A stretch of 64,000 nucleotides of DNA from Candidatus Cloacimonadales bacterium (GTDB taxonomy: Bacteria > Cloacimonadota > Cloacimonadia > Cloacimonadales > DAONDQ01), in the NCBI GenBank assembly GCA_963662275.1, contig OY759316.1, positions 4,256,001 to 4,320,000 on the forward strand. The letters run 5' to 3'. Each line of letters opens with the position of its first letter. The stretch's first letter is position 1. The position numbers and the translations under genes are program-made. Positions 9,231-18,874 of this stretch are shown piece by piece. The notes under the pieces are model-generated. The model was not told the origin of the DNA and did not search any database. It was given only the letters and a program-made list of their open reading frames with translations.

Positions 9231-10963
9231 ACCGTATATCTTTAATTATCATCCTATTCTTTTTATCAATAACTTTATGTGCACAATGGGTTGATGACCC
9301 AAACGTCAATACACCTATTTTTGCTAGAGCAGGCGATACAACTATGCCTAAGATTGAAATGACAAGTGAAGGACATAGCTTTATTTCCTGTTTCTCCAAT
9401 GATGAGAATAATTACGATGTCCGCCTGCAATATCTCGATGGAACAGGAACACCTTTATGGCAGCAGGGAGGTATTCTTGTAAGCAATCATCCTGCAATGA
9501 CCTATGTTACAGATTATGATATGGCTTTAGCAGCAGACAGCATTGCTATCATCGCTTTTTCAGATGTTCGGGAGAATGGAGGTCATTATCATCCAGTTGC
9601 ATATGCCATTTCAAAATCAGGACTATTTCTTTGGGGAAATGACGGAATACCTCTTTCCACTGAAGGAACTTATGAACCGGATCCTAAAGTAACGGTAACA
9701 GAACAGGGTAACGTAGTCGTTTGCTGGATGCGTAATACAGAACCCACAACAAGCATTGTAATACAAATGATTAGTCCCACAGGAGAGCTTTTATGGGGTA
9801 ATGGTATCATATTGACCAGCACTGACAACAGCGGATACGAATATCCAGTTATTATGCCTGTCCATACTCCAGCAGGAAACAGCAATGAAGTCATCCTGCT
9901 TTGGGTGAAACGTATAGGAACTTCCATGTATGCCCCACGATACATTGCAGCGCAGAAATTTGATGGAACAGGAGTTGCAGAATGGTCTTCAGAGACGATC
10001 GTTCAAAATAACGGCAGTATGCCAATCTATGAACATTTTAACTTCGAAAATGATGAAAATGGCGGTGTTTTTGTCAGTTGGTTCGTCTATAGCGGTAGCC
10101 TCTTCGATTGTTATTATCAGCATGTCAATAGTGATGGAACCAACGCATTACAGGAAAATGGGATTGTTTTCTGCGCAAGCCAGAATCGGATGTACTTGAA
10201 TCCCGTTCTTGCATATGATCATCCAAATAATGTCCTTTATGCTTTTTGCCAGATGAAGAATGGAGGACAGGATAACTGGGGAATACTCGGTCAGAAGTTT
10301 GACCAGGCGGGTAATTACATATGGATATCATCAGGTATAGACATTGTTTCTTTAAGCCAAGTCGAAGTTGAAAACATGGTAGTTCAATTTACTGGGGAAA
10401 ATTGTGTCTTAACTTACCTTAATGCTCCAGGCACTTCCTTATCTCAACAAGTAACCTGCACCAGTATTTCTCCTGATGGCACTTTTACCTGGTCAAATCA
10501 ATATAAAGATATATCATTAGTTCAAAGCAGCAAGACAAAGATGGTTTGCGGTCCTTTTGTAAACAACCAAATGGTAGTTACCTGGGCTGACGGCAGGACT
10601 GATAATGCTGACATTTACGCACAGAATATCTGGTCTGATGGTAACTTAGGACAAATCGTTGGAAACGATGATCATACTGCTTCTACGAAGTTGTCTGGAC
10701 TTACCAATTACCCAAATCCATTCAATCCTGTAACAACAATCGCGTATCATCTAAAATCCTCAAGTCTGGTTTCTCTTGATGTTTACAATTTGAAGGGACA
10801 AGTTGTTAAAACCCTGGTTTCTGAAAGGGAAATAGCAGGTGAACATCATATCGTGTGGAATGGGAAAGATTCAAATAATAGTGCTGTTGCCAGCGGTGTT
10901 TATTTCTGTAAAATGACGACTGGAAACAATCAGGTTGTCAGGAAAATGATATTGATGAGGTAA
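9227..10963 (+). CDS. Secreted protein with repeated beta units and FlgD-Ig/T9SS-like C-terminal domain
   Basis: Start MNRISL after AGGAG; repeated 'Q..d..G...W...Gi' units; NYPNPFNP...SGVYF tail. Confidence 0.85.
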   Translation: MNRISLIIILFFLSITLCAQWVDDPNVNTPIFARAGDTTMPKIEMTSEGHSFISCFSNDENNYDVRLQYLDGTGTPLWQQGGILVSNHPAMTYVTDYDMALAADSIAIIAFSDVRENGGHYHPVAYAISKSGLFLWGNDGIPLSTEGTYEPDPKVTVTEQGNVVVCWMRNTEPTTSIVIQMISPTGELLWGNGIILTSTDNSGYEYPVIMPVHTPAGNSNEVILLWVKRIGTSMYAPRYIAAQKFDGTGVAEWSSETIVQNNGSMPIYEHFNFENDENGGVFVSWFVYSGSLFDCYYQHVNSDGTNALQENGIVFCASQNRMYLNPVLAYDHPNNVLYAFCQMKNGGQDNWGILGQKFDQAGNYIWISSGIDIVSLSQVEVENMVVQFTGENCVLTYLNAPGTSLSQQVTCTSISPDGTFTWSNQYKDISLVQSSKTKMVCGPFVNNQMVVTWADGRTDNADIYAQNIWSDGNLGQIVGNDDHTASTKLSGLTNYPNPFNPVTTIAYHLKSSSLVSLDVYNLKGQVVKTLVSEREIAGEHHIVWNGKDSNNSAVASGVYFCKMTTGNNQVVRKMILMR

Positions 10964-11021
10964 GGCAGAAGGGACAGATATTAGGTGCTAGAGCAGCTTA
11001 GAAATCACACAAATGAAACAT

Positions 11022-11219
11022 AAGACCCCCCTACCCCCCTTCCCAAGGGGGGATTATTGGAAGGTACAGTTCGGAAAAGGAAAATCCCCTTCCCAAGGGG
11101 GGATTATTGGAAGGTACAGTTCGGAAAAGGAAAATCCCCTTCCCAAAGGGGTATTATCGGAAGTACAGTTCGGAAAAGGGATGAAAATCCCCCCTTGGGA
11201 AGGGGGGTAGGGGGGTCTT
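11022..11219. repeat. Foldback (MITE-like) element with 34-bp perfect terminal inverted repeats and three ~50-bp internal tandem units
   Basis: AAGACCCCCCTACCCCCCTTCCCAAGGGGGGATT (11022-11055) is the exact reverse complement of 11186-11219. Confidence 0.9.
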
Positions 11220-11263
11220 TTCTGAATCTGAGACTTGGCATCTGTAACCTAATTGGAGGATTT

Positions 11264-11536
11264 ATGCTATCTACATGCGGAGTATGTTGTGCAACTGATT
11301 GTCATGCATATCAAGTTGAATGCGATGGTTGTGTCGAACTGGAAGGAAAGGTTTCCTGGGCTGAATTTTATGGAACAGAAACTTGTCCTATTTATACCTG
11401 TGCAAACCTGCGAGGTTTTCAATCTTGTGCAGAATGCGGACAGGCACCCTGTGATATTTGGTATTCCACAAAAAATCCGGATGCTACAGATGCAGAATTT
11501 GAAGCGGATATACAGTCACGACTGAGTAATTTATAG
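11264..11536 (+). CDS. Small Cys-rich protein (DUF3795-like)
   Basis: GGAGG RBS; CGVCC..DC, CDGC, CPIYTC, SCAEC..PC pattern. Confidence 0.75.
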   Translation: MLSTCGVCCATDCHAYQVECDGCVELEGKVSWAEFYGTETCPIYTCANLRGFQSCAECGQAPCDIWYSTKNPDATDAEFEADIQSRLSNL

Positions 11537-11636
11537 TGGCTACTTCGTCAAGTTGTGTAAAGTTTACTCAGGAAACTGCAAAACATTCATGACCTTGAAG
11601 TGTCCATTACAGTAGCCTATGTAGCGCATTAATAAT

Positions 11637-11745
11637 CAGAGAAATAGCAGAGAAACATGAAGCAGAAATGAACCAGCCTTAAACGAAAGCGCTCTCGATT
11701 TTGTCTCGGTAATGTCTAGGTTATCTCTCGGTTATCATATAGGGG
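11637..11745. repeat. Degenerate 11-bp-period array ending ATATAGGGG
   Basis: ctctcgatttt/gtctcggtaat/gtctaggttat/ctctcggttat (11692-11735), preceded by cagagaaatag/cagagaaacat units. Confidence 0.65.
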
Positions 11746-11817
11746 CTATGTGCGAGGAATGCGGTACCTTCTGTAGAGCGGAAAGATCCCTGCCCCCTTC
11801 CCAGGGGGGGGTATGAG

Positions 11818-11911
11818 AGCAAGAACGGCGTCTTGCTTTACTGTGTTACTGGATGTTTAGTAGGATCGGAATCCTACTCCACGCAGCAGCAAGAACGGTG
11901 TCTTGCTTTAC
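11818..11911 (-). repeat. Three tandem REP-like hairpins (GTRRAG-headed)
   Basis: AGCAAGAACGGYGTCTTGCTTTAC at 11818-11841 and 11888-11911; AGTAGGATCGGAATCCTACTCCAC at 11859-11882. Confidence 0.8.
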
Positions 11912-11912
11912 C

Positions 11913-12500
11913 TCAAAACCGATAGCTGAAGCCCAGGTATTTATTATTTTTACCGGACAGATCACCCAAAGCAAAGTTCAATTTCAAATTATGAAGATTC
12001 AACCCGGTTTGTTTCTTCTCATCATACAAGGTTTTATAGATTGGGCAAATACCCATAAACGGTAATCCAATCAGGAAACCAGCACCAGCACAAACATATA
12101 TCGGCAGCATATAAACATCTGTGTTATCTTCATCGTCAGTGTCATATTCAGGTTCACGGTTATCACTTGCCATCATGGCAAAGGATAGACCCAGACCAAA
12201 GGCTAAGCCAATACAAGTAGTAACCAATGTGATTTTCTCTCCTTTACTACCTGTTTTATATTCCAGCTTGGAGATTTGGTCAAAATTAACGGTTATACTA
12301 TCTGTTGATGTAACAAAACCTGTGATGAAATCCTCACGGATATTAGCATTATACAACACAGATGTTTTACCTGTTTGATCCTGGTAACGCAATTGTTCAT
12401 AGTAACCCTTGTTGCTGAGACTGTCCGGCAGGACTGCTACGCAATTAACGGTAATCAGTAAAATCACAGATAAAAGCAATAAAAGTTTTGAGTAAATCAT
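11913..12500 (-). CDS. Hypothetical exported/membrane protein with Gly-rich hydrophobic hairpin
   Basis: Signal peptide, two Gly-rich hydrophobic segments around an acidic loop, C-terminal beta strands ending in F. Confidence 0.65.
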   Translation of the reverse strand: MIYSKLLLLLSVILLITVNCVAVLPDSLSNKGYYEQLRYQDQTGKTSVLYNANIREDFITGFVTSTDSITVNFDQISKLEYKTGSKGEKITLVTTCIGLAFGLGLSFAMMASDNREPEYDTDDEDNTDVYMLPIYVCAGAGFLIGLPFMGICPIYKTLYDEKKQTGLNLHNLKLNFALGDLSGKNNKYLGFSYRF

Positions 12501-12705
12501 TTTTCCTTCTCATGATTTCTTATGCAGAGCAGAATATTGAACAAATATGTAATTAAGTTGTGATAGTGCAATTTCATTGTCAAGTTTTCAAAATAGAGAT
12601 TAGGAGTTATTGGGGTGTTGTACCTTCAAGCGCCAGCTTCTTCAAATATTTCTTGCCAAATTAAACAGAAGTTTCAAAAGTCGCAGGTTGCTTTAGGAGG
12701 CTGGA

Positions 12706-13350
12706 ATGTCAGTGATATTGAGAACAACAAAGGTAATCGAAAATCAGATCGATCAATTCCTGGATATTGTGAGTGAATGCGCATTGCTCTTTGGATTGGG
12801 AGTGGAAGATTATCTTGCAGAAAGGACTGTACAATTTGAAGAAAGACTAGATGCAATTCGTCAAAATGAACGGAAAGCAGATGAATTGCGTGTCCATATT
12901 GAACGCTATTTATATGAAAATACACTGATACCTGAAAACCGGGGAGATGTACTTGCTATTTTAGAAAATACTGATGAAGTAGTTGATCATATGAAGGACA
13001 CAATACTGCAGTTTTCGATTGAAAAACCAAGTATTCCCACCGAATTTGATGATCTTTTTCTCCAGACAACCAAGGCTTCTGTTCAAGCTGTGGAAATGCT
13101 GGCGAGCGGTGTCAGATCTTTCTTTAGGGATCTGTATGCGGTTTCGAATTATATTCATAAAGTCTATTTCTTTGAAAAGGAAGCAGATCATCTTGCAGAA
13201 AAGCTGAAACGGCAGATATTCGCCACTGATTTAGATTTAGCAAATAAAGTACATCTCCGTTATTTTACCTACCAGGTAGAAGCGATTTCTGATTATGCCC
13301 AAGCTGTATGTGACCGTTTAGCGATATATGTTATTAAACGTCAATTATAG
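12706..13350 (+). CDS. DUF47/PhoU-like phosphate transport regulator
   Basis: ERKADELR and EKEADHL repeats; directly upstream of a PiT transporter. Confidence 0.85.
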   Translation: MSVILRTTKVIENQIDQFLDIVSECALLFGLGVEDYLAERTVQFEERLDAIRQNERKADELRVHIERYLYENTLIPENRGDVLAILENTDEVVDHMKDTILQFSIEKPSIPTEFDDLFLQTTKASVQAVEMLASGVRSFFRDLYAVSNYIHKVYFFEKEADHLAEKLKRQIFATDLDLANKVHLRYFTYQVEAISDYAQAVCDRLAIYVIKRQL

Positions 13351-13367
13351 TAAGGTTAAGTAAAATA

Positions 13368-14879
13368 ATGGGTTTCATTTTTCTAACGAGCGGATTATTT
13401 TTAGGCTGGTCACTTGGTGCCAATCATCATGGTAATATCTTTGGCGCTGCAGTCCAGACGAAAATGATCAAGTTTAAATATGCAGCTTTGATTGCCAGCA
13501 TATCTGTCATTTTAGGTTCGGTTATCGAAGGTAGCGGAGGTTCTGCCACGTTGAACAGATTAGGTTCTGTTAACGCTGCCGCCGGAGCTTTTGCAGTTGC
13601 TTTAGCAACAGCTATTTCCGTTGCGCTCATGACAAAAATAAAACTCCCCGTTTCCACGTCCCAGGGTATTGTGGGTGCCATCATTGGCTGGAATATCTTT
13701 GCAGGTATGCTCACCGATTATTCTTCCCTGATCAGCATTGTCACTAGCTGGATTGTTGCTCCAGTACTCGCTGCCACTATTGCTTTTGGACTGTATTTCC
13801 TTTTTCGTTATTATTTGAATCGGTCTAAAATTCACTTGTTGAAGCAGGATTCTCTAAATCGCTGGCTATTACTTATTTTTGGTGCATTCGGAGCCTATAG
13901 TTTGGGTGCCAATAATATAGCTAATGTTGTTGGTATCTTTGTTTCTGTTAATCCTTTTCATGATATCATAATCCTTTCAAATTTCACAATCACGGGTATT
14001 CAACAACTTTATTTCTGGGGTTCACTATCCATTGCAGTTGGAATTTATACATATTCGGAACGTGTAATGAGTACAGTTGGAACGGATTTATATAAATTAT
14101 CCCCTCTTACCGGATTGATCGTGGTCATTGCGGAAGCACTTGTTTTGTATCTATTCGGTTCCAAAGGATTGCAAAATGTCCTCTTGAGTCTGCATTTACC
14201 TACAATTCCACTTGTCCCAATTTCCTCTTCCCAAGGCGTGATTGGTGCTGTGATTGGTGTCGGTCTTGCAAAAGGAGGAAAGAATATTCATTTTGGTGTC
14301 ATGGGTAAAATATCTCTTGGTTGGGTTGCTGCACCGTTACTCGCCTGTGCCCTATCTTTCGTATTGTTGTTCTTTGTACAAAATGTCTTTGAACAACCTG
14401 TCATGGTAAAAACTTCCTACATTTTTGATAAGAATGTGTTGTTGGAATTGCAGGCAAGAGGTCTAAATCTTAACTATTTAACAGATGTAAACGGCAGAAC
14501 CTATGATAGCGCTCGTGCACTTCGTCTTAATTTAGATAAAATGCCACAATACACACGCAACCAGAAGGTAATCATCAGTAAAGTCTCTGAAATCGATAAA
14601 ATGCAGATAAATTATATCAAATTACGTAACGAATTAGATTCTTCCACTTTCGATTTTTCCCAGTGGTTGGCAATTTCAGCTTTAAATGGGAAACTGTACG
14701 ATCATGATTGGCAATTGCAGAATGATTTAACCCAGATTACCAAGGATTGGAAGTACCTGAAGAAAAGCAACAGGAACCAAATTTACAATGCTGAAATGGC
14801 AAAGAAATACAAAATTCTGATCCAATATAGTAAGATCACAAAACCTGTTATTGCAGACACAGATCAGGATAATAAATAG
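13368..14879 (+). CDS. PiT-family inorganic phosphate transporter with C-terminal soluble extension
   Basis: GANHHGN and GANNIAN signatures, PVSTSQ and PISSSQ motifs, multiple TM helices. Confidence 0.9.
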   Translation: MGFIFLTSGLFLGWSLGANHHGNIFGAAVQTKMIKFKYAALIASISVILGSVIEGSGGSATLNRLGSVNAAAGAFAVALATAISVALMTKIKLPVSTSQGIVGAIIGWNIFAGMLTDYSSLISIVTSWIVAPVLAATIAFGLYFLFRYYLNRSKIHLLKQDSLNRWLLLIFGAFGAYSLGANNIANVVGIFVSVNPFHDIIILSNFTITGIQQLYFWGSLSIAVGIYTYSERVMSTVGTDLYKLSPLTGLIVVIAEALVLYLFGSKGLQNVLLSLHLPTIPLVPISSSQGVIGAVIGVGLAKGGKNIHFGVMGKISLGWVAAPLLACALSFVLLFFVQNVFEQPVMVKTSYIFDKNVLLELQARGLNLNYLTDVNGRTYDSARALRLNLDKMPQYTRNQKVIISKVSEIDKMQINYIKLRNELDSSTFDFSQWLAISALNGKLYDHDWQLQNDLTQITKDWKYLKKSNRNQIYNAEMAKKYKILIQYSKITKPVIADTDQDNK

Positions 14880-15104
14880 CCAGTTATTCTATTTTATTTC
14901 AATTAGATAAGTCTTCCCGTATGCAAATAGTTATAAATATAATAAAGAAATAGGTTACAAAAGAATATGTTTAGATTTTTATAATTAATGAAAAATATAT
15001 TGACAATAACAGAGCAAACTTCGTATATTGAATAATTAGATTTTAACCTGTATGTTTTATCCCCAGATCGATAAATATCATAATATATCATCAAGGAGGT
15101 ATCC

Positions 15105-16286
15105 ATGCACTGGCAAAAAAACCTGTTATGCTTTTTCATTTTTGTTGAATGCTGTCTCTTTTTAAATGCTGCACCATTTACCATCAACAACAACACCAGA
15201 ACTGACAGTCCTCCAGATAGCGCTGAAGCGACTTCACAATTAATTGAACTGGATAATGTTAATCCTCAAGTTTCTGTCAACACTCCCAACGGAGTGCTGA
15301 CATGGATGAGCGGGGAAATTCACAATATCACCTGGAGTGCAACGGATTCGAATCTGTTTCCTAACCAGGTGAATATTGTTCTGAGTATGGATGGTGGAGC
15401 TACATATCCCACTTTAATTGCAGTTGGTGAAGTGAATGACGGTGAATACTCCTGGACAATACCAACAATGACTTCGTTCCTGGCAAAAGTGAAAGTTATT
15501 GCCTTGGATAGTTTTGGGAATGTTGGTTCTGACCATAGTGATGGCACTTTCACTGTACCAGGTCAGATCGTTTCAGTTACATCTGGTATCGCAATGGACA
15601 CCGTTGATCCAGTGGCTGAGTTGGTAAAACCGGATGCTACTACAGTTGGCTACATCGATGAGCAGAATGAAATTCAATGGAGTGCAAGTGATAACCATCT
15701 GATAGATCAGCCCATTCAACTTCAATATCAGAAGAACAGCACCGCTCCCTGGGTGAATATTCAGGCTGCTCTGGAAAATACCAGTTCGTATCTCTGGACA
15801 GTGCCGGATGTCGTTACTCCGGAAGCGCGAGTTTGTTTAGTCGTGACAGATACATTTGGTAATACAGCCAGCGAAATCTCCAATTCATTCTGCATTAAAC
15901 ATGCGGAACCAGCAACACCGCTGGGTGTTTCCATCACGAGATTGAATAATCAGGATGTAAGGATATCCTGGAATGCTGTAACTAAAAACATTCATGATAT
16001 ACCCATCCAGCTCTCTTCGTATCAAATACTGTATAATGATACTTCAGGACCAGAAAATGACTCTGATTATCAACTACTGGCTCAGGTTTCCTGTAGTGAT
16101 ACAAATTATGAATTTACTCCGACTGGAACACTAGGTAATTCTTTTCATTCCTTCTATCGAGTTTTAGCGATTAAGGATTACGACAAACGTTCCAATAATA
16201 CTCCTACAGGATTAGTTGATAGCACTAAAAAAGCAGCTTTTCAAACAAGCAATCATTCGATCATCAATAGGTTAAAACAAAAATAA
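15105..16286 (+). CDS. Secreted protein with two Ig-like repeats and an Fn3-like C-terminal module
   Basis: Signal peptide; duplicated 'P.V....P.......I.WSA.D...Y.WT.P...A.V.....D.FGN' units. Confidence 0.75.
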   Translation: MHWQKNLLCFFIFVECCLFLNAAPFTINNNTRTDSPPDSAEATSQLIELDNVNPQVSVNTPNGVLTWMSGEIHNITWSATDSNLFPNQVNIVLSMDGGATYPTLIAVGEVNDGEYSWTIPTMTSFLAKVKVIALDSFGNVGSDHSDGTFTVPGQIVSVTSGIAMDTVDPVAELVKPDATTVGYIDEQNEIQWSASDNHLIDQPIQLQYQKNSTAPWVNIQAALENTSSYLWTVPDVVTPEARVCLVVTDTFGNTASEISNSFCIKHAEPATPLGVSITRLNNQDVRISWNAVTKNIHDIPIQLSSYQILYNDTSGPENDSDYQLLAQVSCSDTNYEFTPTGTLGNSFHSFYRVLAIKDYDKRSNNTPTGLVDSTKKAAFQTSNHSIINRLKQK

Positions 16287-16295
16287 GGAGATGTT

Positions 16296-17477
16296 ATGAG
16301 AAGTGCTATCCACACCTTCATCCTCATCGTTGTTTTTATACAATTGTTCACTTTTTGTTATGCTATTTTACCTGAAGTTACTAACTCTTCTGCTGTCCAG
16401 CGTACGGATGGCAGCAAAATAGTAGATATTTACTACGATATATCATGTGAAACTCAAACAACAGTCTACATCAGTTTAGTAGTCTCCAACGATAATGGAA
16501 CAACATTTATGATCACACCCAAAAAAGTAAACTTGAGTGGAGATTGTGGTAAGAAAACATTCGCTCAAGGTCTCTCCCAACATAGTATTCAATGGAATGC
16601 AGGAAATGAGTCACGGAAGTTTGATGGTAGTGGCTTTAAGTTTAAAGTGCAAGTGTGGAATAAGATACCAATTCCACCTAACTTCGTTTTAGTTGAAGGT
16701 GGAACTATTAATAATGGTTTATATAATGTAGATATAGGGACTTTCTATATAGATATGTATGAACTTACCCAGAAAGAGTATTCAAAAATTATGGGACATA
16801 ATCCTGTAAATGATTATCCTATGGATGTACATGGTACAGGTGATTTTTATCCAGTCTATTATGTCTCATGGTACAATGCCATAGAATATTGCAACAGGCG
16901 AAGCATAAATGAAGATCTGATCCCCTGCTACAGTTACACAACATATGGGACAGACCCTGCAAATTGGCCTATAGGTTGGAATACCAATGTCTCAAATCAT
17001 ACGAATATATCCTGCGATTGGACTGAAGCCAATGGCTATCGTTTACCCACTGAGATGGAGTGGATGTATACTGCGCGCGGAGGTAATCAGACGACGCATA
17101 ATTATACATATAGCGGGAGTGATAACGTCAACGATGTGGCTTGGTACGGGTCGTATCCACCAGCAGACGGTGGAGGTAACTCAGATATGACAACTCATAT
17201 TGTAGGTGGAAAGTTAGCTAATGAACTTGGTATATTTGATATGAGTGGCAATATCTGGGAATGGTGTTGGGATCAATGGGATAGACTTTCCCCTTACGTA
17301 GATGCCCCATATGGCTCTGGGAGTGGTGGTTTCCGTATTAGTCGAGGAGGTTGCTGGAAATACAGTCCAAGGTTCTGTGCTATAACAATTAGGAGCGGAG
17401 ACACTATTTATCCAGGCAATCGATCCATTGGATTCCGTGTCTGCAGGAATTATCAGAATTTCACTTCTCGCTTCTGA
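16296..17477 (+). CDS. Secreted FGE-sulfatase (formylglycine-generating enzyme fold) domain protein
   Basis: YRLPTEMEW, NELGIFDMSGNIWEW, RGGCW, GFRVCR; N-terminal QRTDGSKIVDI module. Confidence 0.9.
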   Translation: MRSAIHTFILIVVFIQLFTFCYAILPEVTNSSAVQRTDGSKIVDIYYDISCETQTTVYISLVVSNDNGTTFMITPKKVNLSGDCGKKTFAQGLSQHSIQWNAGNESRKFDGSGFKFKVQVWNKIPIPPNFVLVEGGTINNGLYNVDIGTFYIDMYELTQKEYSKIMGHNPVNDYPMDVHGTGDFYPVYYVSWYNAIEYCNRRSINEDLIPCYSYTTYGTDPANWPIGWNTNVSNHTNISCDWTEANGYRLPTEMEWMYTARGGNQTTHNYTYSGSDNVNDVAWYGSYPPADGGGNSDMTTHIVGGKLANELGIFDMSGNIWEWCWDQWDRLSPYVDAPYGSGSGGFRISRGGCWKYSPRFCAITIRSGDTIYPGNRSIGFRVCRNYQNFTSRF

Positions 17478-17526
17478 AGATGTACTTAATCAAATAGGTG
17501 AATATCATGATACATAAGGAGATCTT

Positions 17527-18666
17527 ATGAAAAATAGAATACGTACGTTCATTGTTATCGTTTTTTTTATTCTACTGCTCACCTTTTGCTTTGCAATTCA
17601 ACCTCAAGTTGATAGTGTTACAGCGAGCCAAAGAACTGATGGCAGTAAGATAGTTGATATTTCTTTTAATGTTACATGCTCTAATCAAGATAGTGTATAT
17701 ATCATTTTAAAGCTATCAGACGATAGTGGGGTAACATACAAAAAGAAACCCACAAGGGCAAACCTATCCGGAGATATCGGCTGGGTCGATCTCTCTACAG
17801 GAAACTCCAGACAGATCATTTGGAATGTTGGAAATGAATTGGAATCCTTTAATAATGATCAGTATAAATTCAAAGTCCAAGCTTGGGATAAGCAGCCGAT
17901 ACCATCAAACTTTATTCTGATACAGAGTGGAACTTATAATAATGGGGTAGCAAATATTGCCATATCATCTTTTTACATTGATAAGTATGAGGTTTTACAG
18001 GAGGGAGATGGTTCTTATCTGCAGGTGATGGGAACTCGTCCTTCTGACCAATACCATGGTGCAGGTGCTGGTTATCCTGTTAATAATGTTACATGGTTCA
18101 ATGCTATTGAATACTGTAATCGAAGAAGCATGCAGGAAGGATTAACCCCTTGTTATAGTGATAGTACAAGTTCCTATGGAAACTATGGCACTAATCCTGA
18201 TAACTGGCCTGTTGGATGGAATACAGAAGGCAATCAAGGAAATGTATTATGCAATTGGACAGCCAATGGATATCGATTACCAACTGAGATGGAGTGGATA
18301 TTTGCGGCTCGTGGAGGTAATTCAACTCACAATTATACTTATAGCGGAAGCAACGACATTAATTCCGTGGCATGGTATGGGGGAAATTCACATGATTCCC
18401 TTCATGTTGTTGGTACAAGAACGGCAAACGAACTAGGTATCAATGATATGAGTGGTAACGTCTATGAATGGTGTTGGGATAAATGCAATCAGAATTCCAA
18501 TGTTTTTTCAGAATTCCCGTACGGTCCCACGAGTGGTAATTATCGTATAAGTCATGGTAGCGCTTGGAGATACACTTCTGAATTATGGTGTACATTAAGA
18601 TATCGAACCACTGACTTACCAACATATACAAATAATTGCTTTGGCTTTCGAGTATGTCGAAAATAA
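17527..18666 (+). CDS. Secreted FGE-sulfatase domain protein, tandem paralogue of 16296-17477
   Basis: YRLPTEMEW, NELGINDMSGNVYEW, GFRVCR; same N-terminal module. Confidence 0.9.
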   Translation: MKNRIRTFIVIVFFILLLTFCFAIQPQVDSVTASQRTDGSKIVDISFNVTCSNQDSVYIILKLSDDSGVTYKKKPTRANLSGDIGWVDLSTGNSRQIIWNVGNELESFNNDQYKFKVQAWDKQPIPSNFILIQSGTYNNGVANIAISSFYIDKYEVLQEGDGSYLQVMGTRPSDQYHGAGAGYPVNNVTWFNAIEYCNRRSMQEGLTPCYSDSTSSYGNYGTNPDNWPVGWNTEGNQGNVLCNWTANGYRLPTEMEWIFAARGGNSTHNYTYSGSNDINSVAWYGGNSHDSLHVVGTRTANELGINDMSGNVYEWCWDKCNQNSNVFSEFPYGPTSGNYRISHGSAWRYTSELWCTLRYRTTDLPTYTNNCFGFRVCRK

Positions 18667-18705
18667 GAATAGACCTGATTGAAACAATGAGTTAAATAAT
18701 ATTGT

Positions 18706-18732
18706 AAAGCAGGGAGAATTCTCCCTGCTTTT
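18706..18732 (+). terminator. Probable intrinsic terminator
   Basis: AAAGCAGGGAGAATTCTCCCTGCTTTT hairpin after the FGE genes. Confidence 0.7.
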
Positions 18733-18773
18733 CGTTTGTAAAAAAAGAAGAATAGAAGCACAAAAAAATAAAA

Positions 18774-18800
18774 CTAGCACTCTCATATTTTGATTGACAA
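18774..18800 (+). promoter_or_regulatory. CIRCE-like operator 1 overlapping the -35 box (TTGACA, 18794-18799)
   Basis: CTAGCACTC-N9-GATTGACAA versus consensus TTAGCACTC-N9-GAGTGCTAA; TATCTT 16 bp downstream. Confidence 0.75.
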
Positions 18801-18830
18801 CTTTTAAAGCCTCATTATCTTGTCTTTATA

Positions 18831-18857
18831 TTAGCAAACGAATTAGCGGATTGCTAA
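18831..18857 (+). promoter_or_regulatory. CIRCE-like operator 2
   Basis: TTAGCAAAC-N9-GATTGCTAA immediately upstream of hrcA. Confidence 0.8.
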
Positions 18858-18874
18858 TACATAATTAAGGCAGG

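Noticed and set aside
11013..11263. ORF 11013-11210 and the N-terminal extension of ORF 11057-11536
   Set aside because: These are translations of the foldback repeat; the real gene most likely starts at 11264 behind GGAGG.
17330..18666. The two FGE 3' ends as a DGR template/variable repeat pair
   Set aside because: They differ at many non-adenine and synonymous positions (ggattccgtgtctgc vs ggctttcgagtatgt), as expected for old paralogues.
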